Origin: Pecten maximus | Taxonomy: Eukaryota | NCBI RefSeq assembly: GCF_902652985.1 | Contig: NC_047023.1 | Location: 26,784,001-26,848,000, forward strand | Direction: 5' to 3' | Length of the DNA: 64,000 nucleotides | Shown: in pieces, positions 12,958 through 26,000 of the stretch | Layout: each line of letters starts with the position of its first letter | Position numbering within the stretch: position 1 is the stretch's first letter | Program-made: the position numbers and the translations under genes | The notes under the pieces: generated by a model | Told to the model about the DNA's origin: nothing | What the model saw: the letters and a program-made list of their open reading frames with translations, nothing else | The model's database searches: none

Positions 12958-14862
12958 GGAAGTTTGTTACATTTTTTCAGTGACATATATATAAGCATTG
13001 GGCTGTCCTGTTATAGTATTAAAGGCATGCCGGGTAGCTTTGCAAACAAATATCATATTGCCAGCTATAAAATCAACATTTATTTCATACACTTGATGTT
13101 TTCCAGTGCAGAATCTAACCGGATTCAAACCAATTAGATAAGTTGTTCATTGCAGCAAGAAATTATCGCAGCCAAAGTAATGTTTTGTATCCCGAAAAAT
13201 AGCCTACAGTTCAATCATTTAAATAGTACGTTGCACTTGAATAAATCCCAAAGAATACCAAAAAAAATATTATTCATAAAAAAATCCGTATATAACTGGA
13301 ATGGTACCAGAAGAATGCCACTGCGGCCATATTAAATAATGGAAATGAAAAACAGGTATGTTCACATGACGTATACTCCCGGGGTTTACATTGTAAACGA
13401 AGGTAACCATACAGAACATCTGATTACAATAGTCTCAGCCATGCAGAATTCAGCAAGAGGTAATCATTTTTGCCTAATAGTGATTCCGATTTTCAGAATT
13501 AGGACATCACAAGTAACAGAAAATACGTTATACGTCACGAGGATCATGTTTATACATCTAGTCGGAAAATTTTAAGTTTTATGACATATCTACAACTACT
13601 CATCCACGATTTCCTCACCCTACTAGCCAGTTATAGCCCCGTGTGTCTCATCACCCAACCAGCCAGTTACAGTCCCGTGTGTCTCATCACCCAATCAGCC
13701 AGTTACAGCCCCATGTGTGTCATCACCCAACCAGCCAGTTACAGCCCCGTGTGTCATCACCCAACCAGCCAGTTACAGCCCCATGTGTCTCATCACCCAA
13801 CCAGCCAGTTACAGCCCCGTGTGTGTCATCACCCAACCAGCCAGTTACAGCCCCGTGTGTGTCATCACCCAACCAGCCAGTTACAGCCCCGTGTGTGTCA
13901 TCACCCAACCAGCCAGTTACAGCCCCGTGTGGATCATCACCCAACCAGCCAGTTACAGCCCCGTGTGTGTCATAACCCAACCAGCCAGTTACAGCCCCAT
14001 GTGTGTCATCACCCAACCAGCCAGTTACAGCCCCATGTGTGTCATCACCCAACCAGCCAGTTACAGCCCCGTGTGTGTCATAACCCAACCAGCCAGTTAC
14101 AGCCCCGTGTGTCTCATCACCCAACCAGCCAGTTACAGCCCCGTGTGTGTCACCACCGAACCTGCCAGTTACAGCCCCATGTAGATCATCACTCAACCAG
14201 CCAGTTACAGCCCCGTGTGTGTCATCACCGAACCTGCCAGTTACAGCCCCATGTGTGTCATCACCCAATCAGCCAGTTACAGTCCCGTGTGGATCATCAC
14301 GCAATCAGCCAGTTACAGCCCCGTATGTGTCATCACCCAACCAGCCAGTTACAGCCCCGTGTGTGTCATCACCCAACCAGCCATTTACAACCCCGTGTGT
14401 GTCATCACCCAACCAGCCAGTTACAGTCCCGTGTGTGTCATCACCCAACCAGCCAGTTACAGCCCCGTATGTGTCATCACCCAACCAGCCAGTTGCAGCC
14501 CCGTGTGTGTCATCACCCAACCACTCAGTTACAGCCCCGTGTGTGTCATCACCCAACCAGCCACTTACATCCCCGTGTGTGTCATCACCCAACCAGCCAT
14601 TTACAACCCCGTGTGTGTCATCACCCAACCAGCCAGTTACAACCCCGTGTGTGTCATCGCCCAACCAGCCAGTTACAGCCCCGTGTGTGTCATCACCCAA
14701 CCAGCCATTTACAACCCCGTGTGTGTCATAACCCAACCAGCCAGTTACAGCCCCGTGTGTGTCATCACCCAACCAGCCAGCTACAGCCCCGTGTGTCATC
14801 ACCCAACCAGCCAGTTACAGCCCCGTGTAGATCATCACTCAACCAGCCAGTTACAGCCACGT
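12958..14862 (+). repeat. Right copy of the flanking duplication, with a longer minisatellite array
   Basis: 12958-13622 matches 6391-7054; array follows at 13623-14862. Confidence 0.95.
13623..14862. repeat. 33-bp minisatellite, ~37 units
   Basis: Same unit as 7055-7535, with its own variants (accgaacctgcc, ccatttacaacc) and occasional 31-bp units. Confidence 0.97.
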
Positions 14863-16207
14863 GTCTCAAGCGCACAGATGTTTTATTTGACTCTAGTTTT
14901 GTATTACATAATTTGCAATACTTTTATTAATTAATCGATATCAAAATTCCATTCACATTTAGTACTTGTAGATACACTGTATATGTTATACAAATACATG
15001 TGATTCTGGAGAAAGCTCACGTACATGGCATCACATGTAGTATACGTGATTTGAACTTAAATTAAGACAAAAATATAGACCGACGTCTATTTTCAACCTT
15101 TCTGGCAACACTGGCCAGGTTAAAGGTCAAATCCAAGTAATGCAAAGATCTTAAAATGAGAACCGGATTGGTGACAACAAAATAGCCAAGCATATCACTG
15201 AGCAGATTTAAAACATTGACACTAGTTTCTTTTTCAATAACATCTGTCACGACCATTTTGCATATGGAAACCAATTTGTTCAGAATGTCGACAACAACTG
15301 TAGGTGACTTGTACTTCCACGAGAACAAAAAAACTAACAAATAAAATATCAAAGATGGTAATGTCAGCCGCCAAGCCTTTATAATACCGAGGGAAATGGC
15401 TATAGATGTAGGATAGGTCATAACTTGTTAATGTCCATCGTTAGTATTTGTATCTTAAATGTCAAGTGATGAAATTCTTTCAGCAATAGCAATAAAGTGA
15501 CATGATGAAAGCCAGGAGACAACCAAATGAAATTAAATAATATACAGCGATTGAATCTTGCTTGTACAAAAAGAAATGTGACATGCATTCTCAAAAAAAT
15601 ATTTCCTAGGGAACAATACTTGGTGAATTCAGAACTTTTAATGACTTCACACTTTTGTTCCTCATGGTGCAATTGCCACGTGGTTTCTTGAACATTGAGA
15701 CAGTGGCTATATATGTCATCTAAACGACAGATGGAATCCACGTTCCCGCGTTCTTTGAATGGCAATTATTTTCTGAATTATTATAGTTTACGCCCACACA
15801 AGTACATACAAATAACCTTAGTCTAACACATTATACAGTTCTGATATGTGATTCTGCTTGTATGATTAATCTCATTTGTATGATCACGCAGAATCCGTGC
15901 AAGACAAACATCAAATGTGAACATAATGCATGTTACAGTACATAAACACGAGACCGGAGAATTGAAGTCATTTCCTTATTTATCTTAATATTTTCTTTCA
16001 TTCCGATATGCCTCCGAGATAAAGTTGGATTTCTACAAAAACGAATAGGATGAATTATTTTTGTTTTGTGTGTTCCTGCAATTGTATTTGTAGAAGCGAA
16101 ACACAGTTGAAAAGCAATATTAAAAAGAAAGAAATTATCACAAGAGTGTATATACTAACTAAGTCTATAAGCAGGTAACAAATATATATATCTGGTTAAA
16201 CAGACAA

Positions 16208-16374
16208 GGGGCCGCGTTGGCCGAGCGGTTAAGGAGTCCAGACACTTTATCACTAGCCGTTACTGACCGTAGGCCGATGGTTTTTCTCCGGCTTTCCCAA
16301 AATTCCAAAACCTGGCACGTCCTCAAATGACCCTGGCTGTTAATAGGACGTTAAACGAAATAAACCAAACCAAA
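16208..16374 (+). mobile_element. tRNA-derived SINE (V-domain type), internally deleted
   Basis: ggggccgcgttggccgagcggttaagg A-box head; ggtttttctccgg core; ctggctgttaataggacgttaaac end and (accaa)n tail; TSD ttaaacagacaa/ttatacagacaa; homologous to the copies at 40714 and 62672. Confidence 0.85.
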
Positions 16375-16755
16375 TTATACAGACAACTTTAGAACAACAG
16401 ACATATATGGATACCATTATAATATTAATACATCCCTAATACTAATAGACAGACAAAACGGGAACAATAGATCATAAACAATGGCAACATGATAATTGTT
16501 TGATAATTTATATTTGGAATGTCATGGGAAAAGGTAATAGAGTGTATGAACTAGCTTGTTTCTATGTGACTAAATGCACACAAACATCAATCTACAAGAT
16601 CTGGATTGGAAGCATCACTTCAAAGTGAACAAGTCTGAATACATTAAAATTGTAGCATTATCCCAATTCAATAGAAGGTTGGTTTGATAAAATACATCTA
16701 TTCATCTCTGAAACCAAGTTTTCAATAAATAAGTCCAGACTTGATTTGCTTCTCT

Positions 16756-17373
16756 ACAAGAGGCCCATGGGCCTTAACGGTCACCTGAGATTTGAAATAT
16801 TTCAGTTAATCTAATTGACCCTTTTTGGCCCCTTCCATTAGTCCAAGGGGTCAGTCAGGGCCAACATGTGCTTACCATCAAACTGTTATCCCATGTTGAT
16901 AATGTTAACCAGGTTAGAATGAGTTCCAATACAAATCCAACAAATATTTAATAGTCAAAAATGTGATTTCTCTATATAAACTATAGTAAAGTTTACCCCC
17001 TCCCCAGGGGCGAACGTGAGACCCCTGGGTCATGAAAATCACAATTTTGGTAAAGCACCATAAGACCCTTCCATCTATGAAGAGTGTTTGATTCCACCTC
17101 ATCTGAGAGTAGAGAAGAAGATTTTTGAAGTTTTAGTCAATTTGACCCTTTTTGGCACCAACCCTCAGGCCCTTGGGGGTGGGGACCATATCATTCACAG
17201 TTTTGATTAACCTTCAGCCATAGAAGCTTTCTGCCAAATTTCATTAAATTTGGTTAAGTGGTTTTGGAGAAGAAGTCGAAAATGTAAATTGTTTACGGAG
17301 GGACGACGGACCACGCACGACGAGGACAAAAGGCGATAAGAATAGTTCACTAGAGACTTTGTTGACCTAAAAA
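16756..17373 (-). mobile_element. Non-autonomous Helentron-associated element (HINE/DINE-like)
   Basis: On the minus strand: T-rich 5' end ttttaggtca, (cgtc)-type microsatellite, internal ttgaccctttttggc repeats, 3' end ctcaggtgaccgttaaggcccatgggcctcttgt with terminal palindrome. Confidence 0.75.
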
Positions 17374-20066
17374 TTTAAATATGTACAAGCAACTACTTTT
17401 TACTCAGAAAAAAAGGTTCTAGAACATAAACATTTATTTATTTTGCACAATAATTACTTCAATACAAATAATATTGTTGAAGATTTGAGCATGGCACATC
17501 TTTTTATTAAATTTACACAAGAATATGACATCCTCTTGGCTTTTCGAGTCTAACATAAGCTTATATTAAGATATCCATTGTTCGACTTGTACTCCATGGA
17601 ATTCTGGGTTCATGTTTATAAGTGTTATTTAAAATGTAGTTGTCAGGTCTTTTGTATAACCGATATAGCTTACTGAGTAAAATCGTCCTACAAAAAATTC
17701 TTACTAGTAATCTTACTGAACACTCAAGTACCTTCTTATAATTCTAATGATCCTATTCATGTGGTGTAGCATCATTCAGACCGGCTTTTTAGTGCTATTG
17801 ATATCAAATATACCAAATATCATAATTGCGCAAATGTTAGGGTTTCAATATGTTTTTTGTATGAAGGTGAAATGAAAGTTAACAATTAAAATTGACTTTC
17901 AATTGAAAAATATGTGTATGAATATAACACTGCAAAACATTTATGGACTTGTCATAACCATGGGTTCTGATGTGATTTCAAAATAGTGGCACATGTATTG
18001 CCAAATATCTGTACGTATCAATCACAAGACCCTAGTCAATTCATTTTAAATGGATACTACCCGGTGATAACTACGTGTAGTTGGGTACATCAGATTAACG
18101 GGATTAACAATACCCATGCTAGCTATACTTAACCAGCTATACACTTGATCTTTAGTAACGATGGGGACTCTATGCTGGGCAACACACCAGCGCAAGCTTA
18201 GTGGGTAGCCAAGAATAAATTGAGCAACTCTGATTTGATCTGTACAGTCAAATACAGTATCAAACCTAACTAGCCTTCAAGAATAAACATCAAACCAAAG
18301 ATTAATGTAACTGAAATTTGTTTATTATTTCCACCAGTTAGATACAGTTTTTGTCACACTTGCCAACTGTAAGGACTTTCTTAGGGATATCAAATAGTTT
18401 CAAAGTTTCAAACTTTAATAAAGAAAAATTAAAATGAACCTTCAGGTGAGAAAATAATGCCTTAATACAACATATGCATAGTTGCTCTATCGTGTAGACA
18501 ATATATATAAAAACTTGAAATTTTAAATAATGACGTAAATTATGAAATTAAACTTTTATTTTCTCTGTCTTGACAAATGTTCAGTTATATTATTATTATA
18601 AACACATATTAACTATTTTTACATACATGTACATCATATCACAGTCTTTCGGTACATATTTCTACAAGCAAGAAATAAATTGGTGATCTATTGCTCATAT
18701 CACATACTGTTTATCTACAAAAATATATCAATTTGTAAGGTAGCAGGGTACAGTAGCTTGGTCGGTTTTTGATAAAATAAGTGGCCATAGTATGTCTTAT
18801 AGATTTAAATGTTCCAGAATAACTGGTCATGCTTATTAAGGTATTTATAAGCTACATCATAGTTGCGATGGTAATTATAAAGAAGTGAAAACTGTGTTTA
18901 AAGGTATTTTTCATTATATATACAAAATCTGTGAAAAACATATCCAGGAAAATTTTTTTCGAACACTTGTCTAAAATCAAACAACAATTTCATGTTAATA
19001 GAAAAACTGATAATTCAACATAGGTACAACATTCGTTTTTTTTTTTGCAAAGTTCTCATGAATTGGAGGTTGGAAAATTTGACTACTTGTAAAGATTTGA
19101 GGCTGGCCAAAATTCAATCTCTGATCAAATACAAGTTTTATATCTTGAAAAATGTTAAGACATACACTGTTCACTTCAAAACGACTTTACAAATTTTAGT
19201 AAAGATATTACTTTAAAATTTTGATACAACCCTTAACAAAGGGGTTGATTATGGTAGAGAAATATCACAAATGGCCAGGCCCAGCTACTATGGTCTGCAA
19301 CATTAAAAAAAAAGTTTTTACATTTTCAAATGCACAACTCTCTTGCTCACCATGCTGTATAATTCAAACATACATTTAATAAAAATATACTCGCTTCTTT
19401 CCATTTTCATTTTTTCACAGAACACAATTCATTAAACTTATGGGAGCAATCATTAATATTAAATTATCATGAATGTACAAGAACACAATCAATGGATGAA
19501 ACAGTGAGTATTTGAAATCAATTGACAAACATAATTCATTTACAATATATACAATGTATTCTGATATCAGCTCATGGCACATTCTTATTGTCAGATAGAT
19601 ACAGGACACTACCATCTAAATACAATAGGCAAATCCATGTATGTAGTTTGTAAACAATCTCATTGTTATGTCTAAAAAAATATTTATTTGGCACTGGAAT
19701 GAACATTAGGGCTATTCCAGTAATACATCTAGGACATGTTAGGTTTGTCAACAGGAAGGAATTAAAAAAATGATTTCTTTTAAACAGTTCTATATAAATA
19801 AACATATTTTCTCCTGCGACCTCCATGCAAAGAACATCTTTATTTCCGGAGTCCTCCTATGTGATACATACTTTTTACTTGAATAGCCCTTAATAACATT
19901 GCCTATACATTTTTCATTTAAACTTTTGTTTTCTTCCAGACATTCGCAGTCTCGCACATACTCATTATACACAAGATATCTCTCACTCTATCAGATGTGG
20001 TATTTGACACAGTCATTTACTATAGATATCAAAGATCACTCACTACTACGTCATATACCAGCTTTC

Positions 20067-23000
20067 TTAGTTGATCCTGTTCTCCGAGAAGCTTGGGGAA
20101 GTGGATTTACGAAACCTTTTCTTCACACACACAAAAACACCACCAAAGACCATGAGGACAATAGGAAGACCAAGACCTGCAGATATCACCCCGATCACAA
20201 GTGTGGATATTTTGTCTGCCGGAGGAACCCCATAGCCTAGTGATCCCGTCCTAAAATACAAAAAAAATTATCATTTAAAACAGACCAGTTGATGAAACAT
20301 CAGAATCTCAGGATATACATTGTAACCGAAAGTATGCGGAATGTCATCTGATATATACTGACATTTACTCAGAATCAGATGTTATACATTCTACGTTATA
20401 GTCAAACCAGAAAAAAAAAATTTGCTTGTATGACCTCTCATCAGAATCACATCAATTTCGGCCAAAAATATTTGACACATATAGATCTACACTTAAACAA
20501 TGATTAAGGACCAGAAAATGTTTTCTACTTTTAGCCAGAGAATTGTTTTTAATACAATAATGGTTGACCATTCTTTTATCATTCCTAATTTTTCAACTTC
20601 AAACTGTTAGTAATAAGATGAGACATCTTGCAAGTGATTGATACTGGTTCTGTTATAACATCAACTTGGATTCACAAATGAAATATTTTAAACATTGATT
20701 GGTTCTGGTTTTATAATGTTTAATGTTCTATAAAAAGCCATGACCATTTAAGGATTACCTCCCTTGTTTGTTAGCTGTACATGTATGTGTAAGGTGAGAG
20801 TGTGTGGGTTTTGGAAGGCTGTGTTATGTTCTGATTACTTCCCTTGTTTTAAGCTACGTGTACATGTGTAAGCAATCTAATTGAAATATAGATACTCATC
20901 CTCATTATGTTACATGAACATCTAACGACATCACATAAGGGGTCACGTTCTGGTGACCTTTGTTATCTCATTATTTCACTTTCAGGTGGAATTGTCAATT
21001 TTTTGATGTCATCGATCTCACCCATTCGTCACATCATACATCTGAAGCTAACCATTTCGGTACAACATTATATATAGCTAAATGCTTCGTTGGATGAAAT
21101 GACTTCAAAACAGATTGACAGATTATGCAAGCTATGCACTCTAGTCATGCTATTTTTCACATACAAACTTCACTTCAAGATTCTGTCTGTAGTAATTTGA
21201 TTGGTTAATCTAAGAGGTCATCCTGACGTGACCCCTTATGAGATGTCACTAGATGTTCTTGTAACATAGTGAGAATGAGTGTCTACAGTGTATATTTCAA
21301 TTAGAGTGTATGTGTAAGGTGAGAGTGTGTGGGTTTTAAGAGTGTTCTGATTACCTCCCTTGTTTGTGAGCTACACGTGTAGGGCGAGTGATTGTTTTGG
21401 CAGGCTGTGATATGTTCTTGTTTGCCTCTGTGACAGCACTAAATTATCATATGCCAAGTTCATTGTGCTATCTCACTATAGTATAATGTCAAATACACCT
21501 AACAGGACTATTCTATTATCATCCAAGTTGATGTCCCTGTAGAGCATAGTGGAATTTCTAGGTCTCTTTTGGTGGTCTAAAAACAGTGAAATGGCTATAA
21601 CTGTCGTTATCTTTGGAGGACACTCTTTATTACTATGAAAGTAGTGGGGAAAAAGAATAGTTCAGTACTTACCATGCTGTGTAGTTATTCTTGGTGAAGA
21701 ATCCATCCTTAGAAAGCCCAAAAGAGAAATTGGAATATGTCATTTTAACATCACCAATTTTATCTGCTTTATAAAAAGCATAAGCTATACTGTTGTTGAT
21801 AAAATTTGTGGACATTTTTTCTGCCACTGTCAGAGTTTGTGGACCATACTTCTTCACAGCAGTTCCTGCGGCGCGAGACCTGGTCGCCTTCATATAACAG
21901 ATTGGCTTCCATTGTAGGAATCCACCGTTTGCTTTTTCTGCTGGTCGACTTACCAAGTTGTTTATCTGAAACCAATATTCAAGTATTTACATAAATAAAA
22001 TTCATCTAGACCAGATTAAAAAATATTCATAACTACATTGTACTGATAAAAATTAATTTAAAATATTAAAATTAAAATACATATTATTATATTGAAATAT
22101 TGATATGTAAATACATAATTCAAAGTTCATCCCATTTCAATTGAAAAATAAAATTCAACAAGAACATTACAATCTATTATTACAGTTGAACATAAAAATC
22201 AAATACACCATTTTGTGTATGGTATATGCTTTTCAAAGCCACTTGTTGTTCAGATTGGTAATCTAAGACAGACATTACATTTCACCAAAATATTAGTAAG
22301 CTGGATATTGTCAGATCATTATCCTATGTTTATTTTACACAATTAAATGCCTCAGTCATTAACAAGAGTAGAAATATGCAACTCATTATTTTGAAAAACA
22401 CTACCGATATTCAGAACAGGGTCAAAAACTGACTTCCTGATGGTTATATGTTAATTGGAACATGTTTACTGAACTTATTTTTTAAGATAATTGAGAACTC
22501 TCCTGATATCTATTATTACAAACACCAAAAACCACAGGAAGCTTTAAGGTAACTTTTAAACAAGTTTATGGATGATGTAGCAGGATCTACTCTGGATCGC
22601 TGTATGAAACACTCTTACAGTTATTTCCAATTCCAATGTTTATTTATCGTCCATAAATAATCTTCTTCACAGATGAAGGGGAGGGTCTGACACTCAGAGA
22701 GACAACTCTTACATTAATGTAAATTGGAACTTTCATAATAGATCATTTAAATGATGTAAGGTGCGCTGAATAATATAATACAACAGAAATATATATTCAT
22801 GTCTGACCATGTCAAAGTTCAGTATGGAATGGCACTATCCCAAAAAGCAAGGAAGTGCATTGACCCCTGTCATCGTAAAAACAGCCTGATCTCTGAACTC
22901 TACAGAACAGGTTTTAGACAGGTATATATAAGGCACACGTAATACTATAATACTGTATGTTTTTATGTTAGTACAGTACCAATATGCAAAGTTACAAATA

Positions 23001-26000
23001 GAATAAAACACAAAAACACATCAATGTCATAAGATAATGACACAACGATAAAGGTATATCTTGGTATTACTCCTGCAAACTACAGGTAGTTTCATTCACT
23101 AATTGAATGTAGTGTTACACCTTGAACGCATTAGAAAATGTTTAAATTTAATTTATTTATAATCATATACTGTTGCAGGGCTTTTTCTTTTTGGTTCCGT
23201 TGATTGGCCCCATTCCCAATTGGAATTATTTCATTTTAAATTCAAATTCCCAAAATTGGCAGTTTACTCCTGTAAAAATCTTTCCCAATTCACCAATTTT
23301 CTTCCCAAAATGAGACAAAAAGGCTCCATCCACTTACAGAAAATACACCCGGCGAGTACTCGTCATCAATAGACTTGACATCCTCTATAGCCATATCACC
23401 TTTGTCTGTGTCCATACTAAAGAAGATTGTCTCCACACCGTAGCGGGCATTAGACATATTTCCTGTGTCAATATCGTGGAGAATGAAGTCAAAGTGTGTG
23501 ATATCCTCATTGTATTCCAGATGAGGGAGGTCATCTGATCTATCACCGTGGTCAAACAGGTGGAACTTTAAAGCAGAAATTTTTATTATTTATATCTTCA
23601 GAATGTCATTGATAGCTATATATAGTTATTTACAGGCAAAAACACACAGGCATGAATACCCTTCTGTCTATTTAACATATGTAATCAATCATGTAATTCA
23701 TAATATGGAGCATAGGCTAGGAAGTTGTACCAAGCCCCTGTGATAAGAAAGACAATATATGTATGAGTTCTAAGAGGGCTGATTGATAAGTTGTGAGCCT
23801 CACATTAAAGGATTTGAATTTTGCCGGACATTATTGTATTATTTTTCAACATAATCCCCTTCAGTATCTAAAAAGTATACACTTTTATAGATTCCTTTTC
23901 TTGGCGGTTCAGAGAGTCATCCATTGCATGTTACAGTTATGGTTAGGGTGTCAGTTTTGGAAATAGATGAAAATCTGATGGAGCGATATAAACTAACCAA
24001 ATGAGACCAGTCCTTGGGTACACGGCCCTATATAGTCAGAGAATAGCATTACTTAAAGAGAACATCCTCGAGTACCTCCTTCAATACGAGGCTCACAACT
24101 TATCAATCAGCCCCGGTACAAACATTCTGATGTACATGTAATATAAGTATTCTATATATTTAGGCAAGACATTTCCCCTGCTGCTACACTAGTCAATACA
24201 TTTCCAAGGGAGCATAAATATGACCTTTCAAAAGAGGTATTACGAAAAATGAAATGAAATGGATCATTAACATTCTATAGCAAAGCTACATCAGACTTCA
24301 GTTCATTGTTTTCATGATGGCATGGAGAAAATCTAAAATAAACAAGAACTCATCAGCTGGAATTGAGAGGTTGGGAACCTGTAAATTATGGTTGTGATGA
24401 TATCAGAGCAAGGTGATGTGCTGACTAAGGAAGAAAATGTTTAGGAGTCTTCTCATTCATACCTATTATTTCTTTAATAATTCAAGACAAAAATATTTTA
24501 TACCAGCAAAAACATAATTTTGGCCATTTTTTTTTTATTGATTAAATGTAACACCTTGGTATAGCTGCTAATGAGCTAAACCCAATAATATTCAAACATG
24601 ACATACTACAAGCACTTTTATTCATCATCTATTCAAGGATGCAGCTACGATATAATAAAAGCAGAGTCTATGGACTTTAAAGATGAAAGTTCTGGTATTA
24701 GACAGAACTGTATAGGGGATTATGGGACGGATAAACATACGTACCTGTATTGTTAGGGAGCCGTTAACAATGACAGTTGATTTAGTGGGATCCGTCTGGT
24801 GGATCTTTAATACTATAAGTTCATCTGATGAAGTGTCCATCAGATTCTCCCACTCTGTGTCATCAGCTAGGAAATCGTACACCGTCAGCTCAGGGCCAGA
24901 TGTGCTGTAGTGGGAGAGGTCTGCATCGTCTGAAGTGTCATTGTACTGAAATAACTGGTAAAGACAGCAAAAGTAGGTCTGTCAATTATTTTTCCATTAA
25001 TCTGAATAATCTTAAATGACAGATTACTGTTTGGTTTTGTAGAGTTTAATCTCCTATTATCATCCGTGGTCATGCAAGGACGTCAGAAAAATTATAACCA
25101 AAAAATTATATTAAAATAAAGCACAATTTTTATTTCAGAAAGAAACTATATGTACCATAGAATGGAGACACATGAATATATGATCAGTAATTGTTTATAG
25201 TATATTTCTATTACACAGTGAAAGCATTAATCAATTAAACTATTACAGTAACTGTTTCTGAAAATATTGTTTGTGGAGTTGATTGCCCTGTGAACAGCCT
25301 AGATCATTTAATTTTATGGAAGGGTTTCTTGTGTATCTAGTAGCTGTAAACTTCATTAAATTTATTGAAAACAATTTTGAAATTCCAATTAGTCCACAAA
25401 AAGAGCAGCTAAAAGTAGGTAGCATAGAAGAACTAATTCATCCAAACAATTACATATATTTGAACATGTCCAATTCCTCTCAAGGATATTCCAAAAAGTT
25501 GGCATGTATGAATTTGTAAATATAAAGGACCAGCTGTTCATAAACATAAATAATTAAGTTTTTACATGTTTTACCTACCCTTGTGAATATGATGCCATAA
25601 GAATAGAGAACTTTAGTGAGAGGATTTTTGGCGAAAATAGCTCCGGCTGTGTCATTTGAACGCAGTTTGTCCCAGTTGAAACTCAGCTTGTCATGTTCTC
25701 TATCTGTTAGTGTGTTGGTCCGGATCACCAGTGCGGTGGGAGTTCCCACAGTGGTGAACACAAAGTGTAAGGTGTCTTCATCACCCCTTGCCTTTACATA
25801 GGCCAGTCCCCCTCCGCACTCATCAGTACAGTCTGGGTTCAGGTATGTGTTTAACTGTAACAGTGAATTTCTTATATCAGCTACAAAATTTCATTTGACT
25901 CCAGAAATTAACATATTAACATATTGACACGGACACAAGTCAGATGAGATATACATGTATTTATCCTGAAATAACTCCCCTCCCTAGTATATAAGTTTAG

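Noticed and set aside
13623-14862. CRISPR-like array
   Set aside because: Head-to-tail units with no unique spacers; eukaryotic context; no cas genes
6391-14862. LTR retrotransposon (flank copies as LTRs)
   Set aside because: No TG...CA ends, primer-binding site or integrase; the interior is an APE-RT LINE with a (GAAT)n tail
13581-14934. His/Pro-rich or GDDTHGAVTGWL repeat proteins (shell- or byssus-like)
   Set aside because: Several frames on both strands are open, 31-bp units shift frame, and there is no signal peptide or splice context; non-coding minisatellite
16208-16260. tRNA genes at 16208, 40927 and 62672
   Set aside because: A/B boxes continue into SINE core and tail, with TSDs at two copies; no complete cloverleaf
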